Source: Acidobacteriota bacterium | Lineage (GTDB): Bacteria > Acidobacteriota > Thermoanaerobaculia > Multivoradales > Multivoraceae | Reading direction: 5' to 3' | Length of the DNA: 58,973 bases | Assembly (NCBI GenBank): GCA_021296535.1 | Contig: JAGWAG010000003.1 | Coordinates: 1 to 58,973 of the forward strand | Shown here: positions 1-10,851 of the stretch, one piece after another | Layout of the letters: the number at the start of each line of letters is the position of its first letter | Numbering within the stretch: the first letter of the stretch is position 1 | The notes under the pieces: model-generated | Told to the model about the DNA's origin: nothing | Database searches by the model: none | Seen by the model: only the letters and a program-made list of their open reading frames with translations | Made by a program: the position numbers and the translations under genes

Positions 1-1
1 C

Positions 2-400
2 CCACTGACCGAGGTCGGCGCGCACTCCCGCGGCACGATCTTCCTGGACGCAAACGATCTCCACACCCCGGAACTGGAACGGGCGATCAACGCGATCTGC
101 GCCGCCTACGACGGCTTCGACTTCGGCCGCTTCGACATCCGCGCGCCGAGCGCCGAGGCACTCCAGCGCGGCGAGGGAATCCGGGTGCTCGAAGTCAACG
201 GTGTGACGTCCGAGGCCACCCACATGTACGACCCCCGCTACGGCTTCTTCGCCGCCCACGCGATCCTGCGGCGGCAGTGGCAAATGGCCTTCGCCCTAGC
301 GAACGAACGCATCCGCGCCGGCGCCCGGCCCGCGAGCGTAGGCGAGGTCATCCGCGCCACAAGGGCCGAAAAACGAGCCAGGAACGAAGGGCTACACTGA
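2..400 (+). CDS. ATP-grasp domain protein, C-terminal fragment (5' end outside window)
   Basis: The frame is open from the window edge to the stop at 398-400. The translation ...GTIFLDANDLHTPELERAINAICAAYDGFDFGRFDIRAPS...IRVLEVNGVTSEATHMYDP... resembles the C-terminal lobe of ATP-grasp carboxylate-amine ligases. Confidence 0.5.
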   Translation, partial: PLTEVGAHSRGTIFLDANDLHTPELERAINAICAAYDGFDFGRFDIRAPSAEALQRGEGIRVLEVNGVTSEATHMYDPRYGFFAAHAILRRQWQMAFALANERIRAGARPASVGEVIRATRAEKRARNEGLH

Positions 401-867
401 CCCGAATCAGGTCCTGCGCGCTTCGACTTTTTCCATGACCGAAGACACCGTCTGTCGATACCCTCTTGTACGGCAGTCTGAAGCGCCTCGGAGTCGCCCC
501 GCTTCGGCTTCTCCAACGCATCGAGCCGCGCTTCGATCGCGCTCAGTCGCTCGATCACCGCGTCCAGGTCCGCTTTGGCGGGGACGCCGAGCTCCTCGAG
601 CCGGCGCTCCAAGTGTTCGTCGATTCCCGTCCGCGCCTTCGACTTGGTCTGCTCGATCCCCTTCTCGGCCGCGGAACGCACCTGCTGGACCTTCACTTCC
701 GCCTTGTCCCGCCAGCCGCTCAGGGACTCCCGGCCCCGGCTCTCGACCTTCTCGCCGCGCGCGACCAGCCGGTCGAAGACCTTGGATCCGGCGTCGACCG
801 CCTCGCCCGCCACGCCTGCGCCGGCAAGCGCCACCTTGTGGGCCGCTCCGACGGCGGAATCGACCAC
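238..867 (-). CDS. phasin-like (PHA granule-associated) protein
   Basis: GTG start at 867. The N-terminal 120 aa (GSKVFDRLVARGEKVE...RLEELGVPAKADLDAVIERLSAIEARLDALEK) look like the PF05597-type phasin coiled coil. The 3' 163 nt overlap the convergent ATP-grasp gene, so the true C-terminus is doubtful. Confidence 0.5.
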   Translation of the reverse strand: MVDSAVGAAHKVALAGAGVAGEAVDAGSKVFDRLVARGEKVESRGRESLSGWRDKAEVKVQQVRSAAEKGIEQTKSKARTGIDEHLERRLEELGVPAKADLDAVIERLSAIEARLDALEKPKRGDSEALQTAVQEGIDRRCLRSWKKSKRAGPDSGQCSPSFLARFSALVARMTSPTLAGRAPARMRSFARAKAICHCRRRIAWAAKKP

Positions 868-976
868 CGACCGCGCCTTTCTGCCGCGGATGCTGCTGTC
901 ATCTCGTTTCTCCCCTCTAAGTCTGTTGGGGCTTCCGACACAGCGGACCGCGATTCCTCCAGGAACTTTGGGCCCG

Positions 977-1756
977 CTAGGAACTGTGAGCTTCGGCGAG
1001 TCGCCGCTTCACCGTTTCAAGGGGGTTGCGGTAGTCCACCGTGCCGAGCCCCTTGTTGGTCAGCCTGTAGCCGATCAACTCCTGCAGCTTCTCCGGCATC
1101 TCCACGACGACGTCCCACGGCACGCCGACGTACTGGTTCTCGCGCTGCTTGAGCCACGCCAGGTTGAAGTTGAAGTTGATCGAGCGCCGATAGCCGCTGT
1201 CCGTCGAGTTCCCTCCGCCACGATGCCAGACGGCGCCGTCCCAAAGGAACAGGGCCCCGGCCGGCATCTCCACCGTCAACGTGGGCACGTCCGGATCGAC
1301 CGGATCGGCCGAACGATGGCTGCCCGGAACGATCTCCGTTGCCCCGTTCTCGGCCGTGAACGGATCGAGCGCGATCAGCGTGTTGGCGATCAGCGGAAAG
1401 TGCGGGCGCGCAAGCGGGTAGTGGCCGTCGTCCTGGTGCATCCGCTGGCGACGGTCTCCTGGCCCGGGCCGCATCGCGGCGACGCCGGAGACCTGGTAGT
1501 CCGGGCCGAGTACCGCCTCCACGAGCCCCAGCAGATCATCGTCCATGAGTAATTCGTCGACGGCCCGCGTCTTGGCCAGCAGGTTGTGCGTGTGGATCGT
1601 CTGCTGGCCGTAGTCGTCCGTCATGCGGCTGCCGATCTCTTCGAAGACGGGGGCGAGGCCCCGCCGCAGCGCCTCCAGCCTCTCCTCCCCGAGGAAGTCG
1701 GGCACCACCGTGTAGCCGTTTTCGCGGACCTGCCGTGCTGATCTCTCGATGTCCAT
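977..1756 (-). CDS. phytanoyl-CoA dioxygenase (PhyH) family Fe(II)/2-oxoglutarate oxygenase
   Basis: 259-aa ORF with ATG at 1756. It has the HxD motif (RMHQDDG), a distal His (VWHRGG) and NGATEIVPGSH, all typical of the PhyH family. Confidence 0.8.
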   Translation of the reverse strand: MDIERSARQVRENGYTVVPDFLGEERLEALRRGLAPVFEEIGSRMTDDYGQQTIHTHNLLAKTRAVDELLMDDDLLGLVEAVLGPDYQVSGVAAMRPGPGDRRQRMHQDDGHYPLARPHFPLIANTLIALDPFTAENGATEIVPGSHRSADPVDPDVPTLTVEMPAGALFLWDGAVWHRGGGNSTDSGYRRSINFNFNLAWLKQRENQYVGVPWDVVVEMPEKLQELIGYRLTNKGLGTVDYRNPLETVKRRLAEAHSS

Positions 1757-1824
1757 AACTTCCCGTGAACAGTGATCGGATTGACGTGTCGCGGCAGCGT
1801 AACAAAGCAGGTAGCCTTCGCTCC

Positions 1825-2711
1825 ATGAGAAGAGATACGGCGTATCGCCGACCGATGTTCCGTGCCGTCCTGGCGACGCTGATCGCGCTCGTCGCCTTCA
1901 CCGGCGTCTACGCGCAAAGTGACGCCTCTACCGAGTCCTTCACGGCGAGCGACGGCGCCGTCATCCACTACCTGGTCGAAGGGCGCGGCGACCCCGTTGT
2001 GCTGCTCCACGGCATCACCGGCACGGCCGCCTCGAACTGGGGCGCCGCCGGCATCATCGACCGGCTGGCCGAGGAGTTCCAGGTAATCGCCGTCGACCAG
2101 CGCGGCCACGGCAAGAGCGACAAGCCGCACGACCCGGCCAGCTACGGCGAGCGGATGGCGCTGGATGTCGTCGACCTGCTCGATCACCTGAGGCTGCAGC
2201 AGGCGAACGTCGTCGGCTACTCGATGGGCGGCTTCATCACGATGAAGCTCATCGCCCTCGCGCCCGATCGGCTGATGTCGGCAGTCGTCGGCGGCGCCGG
2301 CTGGTCCAGCCCCGACCTGCGCGACGCCGCCATGTTCGACGCCCTGGCCAGGGTGGAGGTCCCCTGGTCGAGTTCCTGTGGCCCGGAGAGGAACCGCCGA
2401 CCCCGGAGCAGGTTCAGGCGATCGGTCTGGCGATGGTCGCCTCGAGCGACCAGGCGGCCCTGGCAGCCGTCGTCCGCGGCATGCCCGCCCTCGACGTGAA
2501 CGCCGAGCTCCTCCGCATCAACAAGGTGCCGACCCTCAACATCATCGGCAGCAACGATCCCCTGAAGCCGAACGCTGACGCGCTCGTCTCTGTCATGCAG
2601 GAGCACCGCCTCCACGTGATCGAAGGCGCGAACCACATGAACACCCTGAACTCCCCCGAGTTCTACGACACGATCCGCGCCTTCTTCATCGAACTCTGCA
2701 ACTGCGCCTGA
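1825..2711 (+). pseudogene. secreted alpha/beta-fold hydrolase, interrupted by a 1-nt frameshift as assembled
   Basis: ORF 1765..2499 (frame 1) and ORF 2433..2711 (frame 3) together make one hydrolase. Motifs are a signal peptide (MFRAVLATLIALVAFTGVYAQ), the oxyanion HG (LLHGITG), the nucleophile elbow GYSMGG and a C-terminal GANHM. Frame 3 already reads GGGPLVEFLWPGEEPPTPEQ from about 2343. The junction lies at the G-run 2351-2353. Confidence 0.7.
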
Positions 2712-2732
2712 CGGCGCAGGCAAGTTCGTCGG

Positions 2733-3902
2733 TTACGCCGACAACTGCGTTTCGACCAGCGTGGTCCAGTACCGCATGCCGACGGGCAGGATGTCGTCGT
2801 TGAAGTCGTAGCGCGGGGTGTGGAGGCCGGCGCTGTCGCCGTTGCCGAGGAACATGAAGGCGCCGGGGCGCTCCTGGAGCATGAAGGAGAAGTCCTCGGA
2901 GCCCATGACCGGGGCCATGTCGGTGGTCACTTCGCGACCCACTTCCCGGGCGGCGTTGGCAGCCTTCTCCGTCTGTTCGGCGTGGTTCACGGTGGCCGGG
3001 TAGTACGGCCGGTACTCCAGTTCGAAGCCGGCGCCGTGGGCGCTGCAGATGCCGCGGCCGATTTGGCGCATGCGCCGCTCGACGAGGTTCTGCACTTCGG
3101 GCCGGAAGCTGCGCACGCAGCCGCCGTGAACGACGCGGCTGGGGATCACGTTGTCCGCGTGACCGCCGTGGACACGGGCATGGAGCGGATCGACGTTGCG
3201 GGCGACGACCGTCTGCAGAGCGAGGACGATCTCGGCCCCGATCGGTATCGGGTCCACCGTGCCGTGCGGGAACGCGGCGTGGCCGCCGGCGCTCGTCACC
3301 GCGAATTCGAAGACGTCGATCGCGGCCATCAGCGGACCGGCGCGGAGGCCGAAGTTGCCCACCGACATGCCCGGATAGTTGTGGACGCCGTAGACCTCGT
3401 CGGCCGGGAACTGCTCGAACAGCCCCTCCTCGATCATCACCCGGGCGCCGCCGTCCTTCTCCTCGGCGGGCTGGAAGAAGAAGTAGACCGTGCCGTCGAA
3501 GGAACGGCTCCCGGAGAGGTACTTCGCAGCGCCGAGCAGCATCGCCGTGTGGCCGTCGTGGCCGCAGGCGTGCATCTTGCCAGGGTTCCGCGAGCGATGC
3601 TCGAACTCGTTCTCCTCGTGAATCGGCAGCGCGTCCATGTCCGCCCGCAGCGCGATGCTCCGCTCGGACGAACCGGACCTGAGCACGCCGACGACGCCGG
3701 TGCCGGCAAGGCCGCGGTGGACCTCGATGCCGTCGAAGGACTCGAGCAGCGCCGCCACCTTGCCGCTGGTCACTTCCTCCTCGAACGCGAGCTCGGGGTG
3801 GCGGTGGAAGTCCCGGCGCCAGGACCTCATCTGTTCATGCAGCGGATCCACGAGTCTGGATGGTAGCGGAAGGTACACTCCGCTGCCGTGCCGGAGCTTC
3901 AC
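2733..3902 (-). CDS. M20 family amidohydrolase (N-acyl-amino acid / hippurate hydrolase type)
   Basis: 389-aa ORF containing [14 protein letters not shown], the metal ligands HACGHDGH, the QPAEE motif and HTPRYDF. The start is uncertain: GTG at 3902, or internal GTG codons 9 or 19. Confidence 0.85.
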   Translation of the reverse strand: MKLRHGSGVYLPLPSRLVDPLHEQMRSWRRDFHRHPELAFEEEVTSGKVAALLESFDGIEVHRGLAGTGVVGVLRSGSSERSIALRADMDALPIHEENEFEHRSRNPGKMHACGHDGHTAMLLGAAKYLSGSRSFDGTVYFFFQPAEEKDGGARVMIEEGLFEQFPADEVYGVHNYPGMSVGNFGLRAGPLMAAIDVFEFAVTSAGGHAAFPHGTVDPIPIGAEIVLALQTVVARNVDPLHARVHGGHADNVIPSRVVHGGCVRSFRPEVQNLVERRMRQIGRGICSAHGAGFELEYRPYYPATVNHAEQTEKAANAAREVGREVTTDMAPVMGSEDFSFMLQERPGAFMFLGNGDSAGLHTPRYDFNDDILPVGMRYWTTLVETQLSA

Positions 3903-3939
3903 CAGCTTCGAAGCCCCGACGCCGGGCGCCGGTGACGAA

Positions 3940-6526
<2,587 letters not shown>

Positions 6527-6532
6527 AGTCTG

Positions 6533-6650
6533 CGCCGCAGGAACTTAGGTGCGCCAGCGTCCCCGCCGGCTTCTGGCACTGGGTGCGCCTGCGTCCCCGC
6601 CGGCTTCTGAGGAGACGCGCCGTGAAGCGGCGACCATCCTGCGGCGGCCA
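6533..6650. repeat. REP-like GC hairpin repeat cluster (locus 1)
   Basis: Two tandem copies of GGTGCGCC(A/T)GCGTCCCCGCCGGCTTCTG (hairpin GCCnGCG-TCCC-CGCCGGC) are followed by the hairpin CGCCG-TGAAG-CGGCG and ACCATCCTGCGGCGGCC. The cluster sits in the leuS-rpmE spacer. Confidence 0.75.
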
Positions 6651-6734
6651 TCGGGGAATTCGGTTATCATCGCCCGCCCTCGGAGGCCACTTCACACATC
6701 CTGCCCTCCTGAGCCCAACCCGAGCGAGATCATC

Positions 6735-6977
6735 ATGAAGAGCGATATCCACCCAGAGCTGCACCCGGTCGTGTTCATCGACCCCTCGGCCAACGCCGAG
6801 TTCATCTCCCAGTCGACGATGACGAGCGACAAGACCCGGGACATCGACGGCGTCGAGCACTACGAGATTCGTCTTGAGATCTCGTCCGCGTCCCATCCCT
6901 TCTACACGGGACGCCAGCACTTCGTCGACAGCGCCGGCCAGATCGAGAAGTTCCAGCGCAGGTACGGGCGCAAGTAG
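6735..6977 (+). CDS. rpmE: 50S ribosomal protein L31, type B (no CxxC zinc ribbon)
   Basis: 80 aa: [14 protein letters not shown]...HPFYTGRQ...IEKFQRRYG. The ATG at 6735 was verified in the sequence. Confidence 0.9.
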   Translation: MKSDIHPELHPVVFIDPSANAEFISQSTMTSDKTRDIDGVEHYEIRLEISSASHPFYTGRQHFVDSAGQIEKFQRRYGRK

Positions 6978-6989
6978 CGTCCGCCTTGT

Positions 6990-7273
6990 ATGGAACTTGG
7001 CGTTTGCGTCGCAGGAACTGGGTGCGCCGGCGTCCTCGCCGGCTTCTGACAAGAACGCGCCGCGAAGCGGCGACCATCCTGCGGCGCCAAGCCGCCCGTG
7101 CGGAGCCGGCCTGGCGGCCGGCGCGTCTCTCTGGCCGCCTTCGGCGGCAGCCGGCGGGGACGCCGGCGCACCCAGTGGGCGGCCAGTTCCCTGCGAGTCG
7201 GCGCAGCGGAAGGCCGCTGTCCCTACTTGCATGGAGCCGGCCGCAGGCGCACCCAGTCCGCGGCGAGTTCCTA
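6990..7273. repeat. REP-like GC hairpin repeat cluster (locus 2, forward and inverted copies)
   Basis: Forward unit: CAGGAACTGGGTGCGCCGGCGTCCTCGCCGGCTTCTGACAAGAACGCGCCGCGAAGCGGCGACCATCCTGCGGCGCC at 7011-7088. Inverted copies: ...GCCGGCGGGGACGCCGGCGCACCCAGTGGGCGGCCAGTTCC at 7150-7190 and GGCGCACCCAGTCCGCGGCGAGTTCC at 7246-7271. The cluster abuts the feoB stop codon. Confidence 0.75.
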
Positions 7274-9595
7274 ACTCAGCGCTCGCCACACCTGGGCGAC
7301 GGCGAAGCAGAGCACGAACCCGAGGGCCACGGGCAACAGGGCCGAGACCGCGGTCCAGCGGACGCTGCGGGTCTCCTTCCAGATCGTGTACAGCGTGGTC
7401 GAGCACGGGTTGTGGACGAGGGAGAAGAGCATCAGGCAGACGGCGGTGAGCAGCGTGAAGCCGCCGGCCTCGAGGACGCCCGCGGTGGCGGCCTGGGAGT
7501 CGAGTTCGAACATGACGCCGGCGCCGGCGCCAACCCCGGGCACGCCGGCAACGAGCACGGTCAGCATGAGGATCGTCGGGATCACGATCTCGTTCGCCGG
7601 GATCGCGATGATGTAGGCGACGAGGATGATCCCGGTCAGGCCGAGAGCAAAGCCGAAGGGGTCGAGGGCGCCGATCAGGCTCTCGGCCAGCGACGCCTCG
7701 CCCGTGCGGATGTTGCTGAGCAGCCAGATGACCGCCCCGGCCGGCGCCGCGAAGATCACCGCGCGCCAGAGCACGATCAGCGTCCGGTCGATGATCGAGG
7801 TGTAGATCGTCTGCAGCACCCGAGGCGGGCGGTACGGCGGCAGCTCGAGCGAGAAGGCGGACGCCTCGCCGCGCAGCACGGTCCTTGACAGGAACCAGGA
7901 CACGGCGAACGTCAGCAGGACGCCCAGCACGGCGATCCCGACGACCGACAGGGCCGAGACCGCCCCCGCGATGTGCGCCGGCACCAGCCCCCCGATGAAG
8001 ATCGACGCAACGAGAATCTGGGTCGGCCAGCGGCCGTTGCAGAGCGAGAAGTTGTTCGTGATGATCGCGATCAGGCGCTCGCGCGGACTGTCGATGATCC
8101 GTGTCGAGACGATCGCCGCCGCGTTGCAGCCCCAGCCCATCGCCATCGTCAGCGACTGCTTGCCGTGGGCGCCGACGCGGTGGAACATGCGGTCGAGGTT
8201 GAACGCCACCCGCGGCAGGTAGCCGAAGTCCTCGAGCAGGGTGAACAGCGGGAAGAAGATCGCCATCGGCGGCAGCATCACCGCGACGACCCAGGCGGTC
8301 GCCAGGTACACGCCGTCGATCAGGAGCCCGTCGAGCCACCAGACCAGACCGAAGGCCGAGGCCACGTCCTTCAAGAGCGGATGCACGGTGTCGATCAGGA
8401 GCGACGCGAGCATCGACGACGGCACGTTGGCGCCCGCGATCGTCAGCCAGAACACGACCGTCAGCATGAGCAGCATGAGCGGGAAGCCGAACACCCGGCT
8501 CGTCACCAGGCGGTCGAGCCTGGCGTCGAGGTCGAAACGCCGGCGCTCGTCGTCCCGGGTGACGGCGCGGTCGGCGATCCGGGCGGCCTCCGCATAGACC
8601 GCCTCGGTCAGCGCCTGGTGGAAGTTTCGGCCCACGCCCCATCGCAACTGGCCGGACAGTTCAAGCACCGCGGCGCGCGCCGCGGGTTCGGCGGCAATGG
8701 AGGGCTCCGCCAGCTCGGCTGCGGCCGCCCGGGTCGCCTCCGGTTCGGCGACCGCGGGAGCGCCGGCCTCGTCGCCGGCGGGCGGCGCCGCCTCACCGAC
8801 GTCCTCCCGCACGCCGAGATCGACCAGTTCGGCCAGCGAACCGTTCTCCACCGCGGCGGCAAGCGTGCGGTCGCCATCGAGCAACCGGAGAGCAACCCAC
8901 TGCGGATTCGGCAGCGCAGGGAACGCGTCCTCGATCGCGCCCGACAAGCGGCGGGTCGCCTCGCTCAGCACCGGCGAGCGCCCGCCCACGCGTCGCGGGC
9001 GGCAACGATAGGAACCCGTCGCGACCTCCGCGACGACCCGGTTCAGCTCCTCCAGTCCCTCGCCGGAGCGAGCCGCCGTCGCCACGACCGGCACGCCCAG
9101 GTCACGGGCCAGACGCCGGACGTCGACGCTCAATCCCTTGCGGCGCGCCTCGTCCATCAGGTTGAGACAGACGACGGCACGATCCGTGATCTCCAGCACC
9201 TGGAGGGCCAGGTTCAGGTTCCGCTCCAGCCGGGTCGCGTCGACGACGATCACGGTCACGTCCGGACGCCCGAAGAGGATGAAGTCGCGGGCCGTCTCCT
9301 CGTCGAGACTTGACGAGAGCAGGGAGTAGGTCCCCGGCAGGTCGACCAGCTTGTAGCGGTCGCCGCCGTACTCGAAACCGCCCTCGGCGCGGGTCACCGT
9401 CTTGCCGGGCCAGTTGCCCGTGTGCTGGCGCAGGCCCGTGAGCGCGTTGAACACCGTGCTCTTGCCCGTGTTCGGGTTGCCGGCCAGGGCGACGACGTAG
9501 TCCCAGTTGCTCATGTCGACGCCGAGCCGGACCAGGTTGCCGAGGTGATGCGCCGGGCAGTTGGCGCAGTCCTGTGCGAGTGCGGGCTGGGTCAT
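7271..9595 (-). CDS. feoB: ferrous iron transport protein B
   Basis: 774 aa. It has the G-domain motifs [16 protein letters not shown] and CLNLMDEA, followed by a polytopic membrane domain. The ATG at 9595 overlaps the upstream stop (ATGA). Confidence 0.9.
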   Translation of the reverse strand: MTQPALAQDCANCPAHHLGNLVRLGVDMSNWDYVVALAGNPNTGKSTVFNALTGLRQHTGNWPGKTVTRAEGGFEYGGDRYKLVDLPGTYSLLSSSLDEETARDFILFGRPDVTVIVVDATRLERNLNLALQVLEITDRAVVCLNLMDEARRKGLSVDVRRLARDLGVPVVATAARSGEGLEELNRVVAEVATGSYRCRPRRVGGRSPVLSEATRRLSGAIEDAFPALPNPQWVALRLLDGDRTLAAAVENGSLAELVDLGVREDVGEAAPPAGDEAGAPAVAEPEATRAAAAELAEPSIAAEPAARAAVLELSGQLRWGVGRNFHQALTEAVYAEAARIADRAVTRDDERRRFDLDARLDRLVTSRVFGFPLMLLMLTVVFWLTIAGANVPSSMLASLLIDTVHPLLKDVASAFGLVWWLDGLLIDGVYLATAWVVAVMLPPMAIFFPLFTLLEDFGYLPRVAFNLDRMFHRVGAHGKQSLTMAMGWGCNAAAIVSTRIIDSPRERLIAIITNNFSLCNGRWPTQILVASIFIGGLVPAHIAGAVSALSVVGIAVLGVLLTFAVSWFLSRTVLRGEASAFSLELPPYRPPRVLQTIYTSIIDRTLIVLWRAVIFAAPAGAVIWLLSNIRTGEASLAESLIGALDPFGFALGLTGIILVAYIIAIPANEIVIPTILMLTVLVAGVPGVGAGAGVMFELDSQAATAGVLEAGGFTLLTAVCLMLFSLVHNPCSTTLYTIWKETRSVRWTAVSALLPVALGFVLCFAVAQVWRALS

Positions 9596-10641
9596 GCTGA
9601 AGCCGCCTGCCGGTGTGACTGCTGAACCTGGATCTGGTCCGCCTGCGACCGTCGAAGCGCGATCACGGCGCCTCGCACCCGGTAGGCCACCGGGTCACCC
9701 GAAGGGCTTGCCATCTTCGCCTCCACCAGGGTTCCCGGGAGCAGCCCGAGGTCGAGCAGCCGGCGGCGCTCCAACCCGCGGCAGAAGCGGGAGAAGCCGA
9801 CGACCAGCGCCTGCTCGCCGACCGCCACGTCCGACAGCGAACCGGTGGCCAACGCCGCTGCCGAGGTCCCGCCGGATGCCTCCTCCGCGGCCGGCACGGC
9901 GAAGATGTTCGCCGCGATGACCGGCGCCAGCACGACCTCGTCCAGATCGGCCTCGAAGCGGATGCGCTCGGGCGCCACGGAAGTGACGCGCAACTTCATG
10001 CCGGGATGAACGCCCTCGGCGACCAACTGCGCGTAGATCGCGGCGGGCTCGTCCTCGACGTGGACCACCTCGACCTCGTCGCCGGCCGCGAAGTCCGTCA
10101 ACGTCCGGCCGGCTCGCGGCGGCAGGTCGCCTTCCTCGGTCGGGATCGGGTCGCCGTGCGGGTCGAACGGCGGATGGCCAAGCCGAACCGACAGTTCCTT
10201 GGCCTGCTCGGCGGACGTCCGGTGCTCCCGGCGCTCCGCCTCCGGGTGCCAGCGCTCCGGCTGCAGACCCGTCTCGTCCGCGAGGTAGCGCTCCCACAAC
10301 CGGTGGATGCGGATCACGCGCAGCGCCTCGCTGCGTCCTTCGCCGGTCAGCCGGAAACCGCCTTCCGCCGACACGATGAGCCCCAGCCTCTCCATGCGGG
10401 CGAGGAGTTCGGTGCTGCGCCGGCCCCCAAGCCGCAACACGCCGACCAGACTCTGGTGGGTCGCCTGACGCCCCTGGTACTCGCAGTCGAAGAGGTGCTT
10501 GAGCGCGTCCTCGGTCCGCGTCCGGTGGAGGACGCGCCAGCCGGAGCGCCAGCGCCACAGCCAGCCACGGTCCGGCCATGCCACGAGGGCGGCCAGGGCG
10601 ATGACCGCGGCTAGAACAACCAGTGCAAGAAGGGGGCTCAT
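9592..10641 (-). CDS. membrane-anchored DtxR/MntR-family metalloregulator fused to an extra FeoA domain
   Basis: 349 aa. An N-terminal hydrophobic helix ([22 protein letters not shown]) precedes a wHTH and a DtxR dimerisation/metal-site region (IHRLWERYL...[10 protein letters not shown]). Two SH3-like FeoA segments follow ([13 protein letters not shown]... and [32 protein letters not shown]...). Confidence 0.8.
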   Translation of the reverse strand: MSPLLALVVLAAVIALAALVAWPDRGWLWRWRSGWRVLHRTRTEDALKHLFDCEYQGRQATHQSLVGVLRLGGRRSTELLARMERLGLIVSAEGGFRLTGEGRSEALRVIRIHRLWERYLADETGLQPERWHPEAERREHRTSAEQAKELSVRLGHPPFDPHGDPIPTEEGDLPPRAGRTLTDFAAGDEVEVVHVEDEPAAIYAQLVAEGVHPGMKLRVTSVAPERIRFEADLDEVVLAPVIAANIFAVPAAEEASGGTSAAALATGSLSDVAVGEQALVVGFSRFCRGLERRRLLDLGLLPGTLVEAKMASPSGDPVAYRVRGAVIALRRSQADQIQVQQSHRQAASA

Positions 10642-10667
10642 CGTCTTCGGCGTGCGTTTTAGAGCGA

Positions 10668-10687
10668 TGATTCGTTTCTGCGAATCA
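10668..10687. promoter_or_regulatory. candidate operator palindrome TGATTCG-N6-CGAATCA upstream of the DtxR-feoB operon
   Basis: A perfect 7-bp inverted repeat with a 6-bp spacer lies in the AT-richer divergent promoter region. It is 27 nt upstream of the regulator start codon. Confidence 0.35.
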
Positions 10688-10851
10688 GAGTTTTAGTCTA
10701 CACTAAGTCTCGTCGCGCAGGGCAACGGCTCCCGGGCCAGGCCCGGGTGGGCACATCGCGGCGCGAAGCGGCTACTTCAGCGCGCAAGTGTTGGAAGAGT
10801 TGGAATCGGCCCGAACGCCGGAGCGTTCCCTGACGATAGAGTGATTCAGCA

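Noticed and set aside
3150-3260. Apparent 5-aa gap in the M20 amidohydrolase ([17 protein letters not shown] versus the usual DPL..VVSVT.IHAG..NVIP), considered as a double frameshift.
   Set aside because: The reading frame is continuous and both flanks align. An in-frame natural deletion is the simpler explanation, and I cannot verify it without an alignment.
6540-6612. Tandem 33-bp palindromic repeats that could be mistaken for a mini CRISPR array.
   Set aside because: There are only two adjacent copies with no unique spacers of CRISPR length, and no cas genes are present. Further copies occur in inverted orientation, which fits REP-like elements.
6735-6977. Absence of the CxxC zinc motif in L31, which could suggest a degraded rpmE.
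   Set aside because: Type B (zinc-independent) L31 paralogues naturally lack the motif. The ORF is full-length with conserved HPFYTG.
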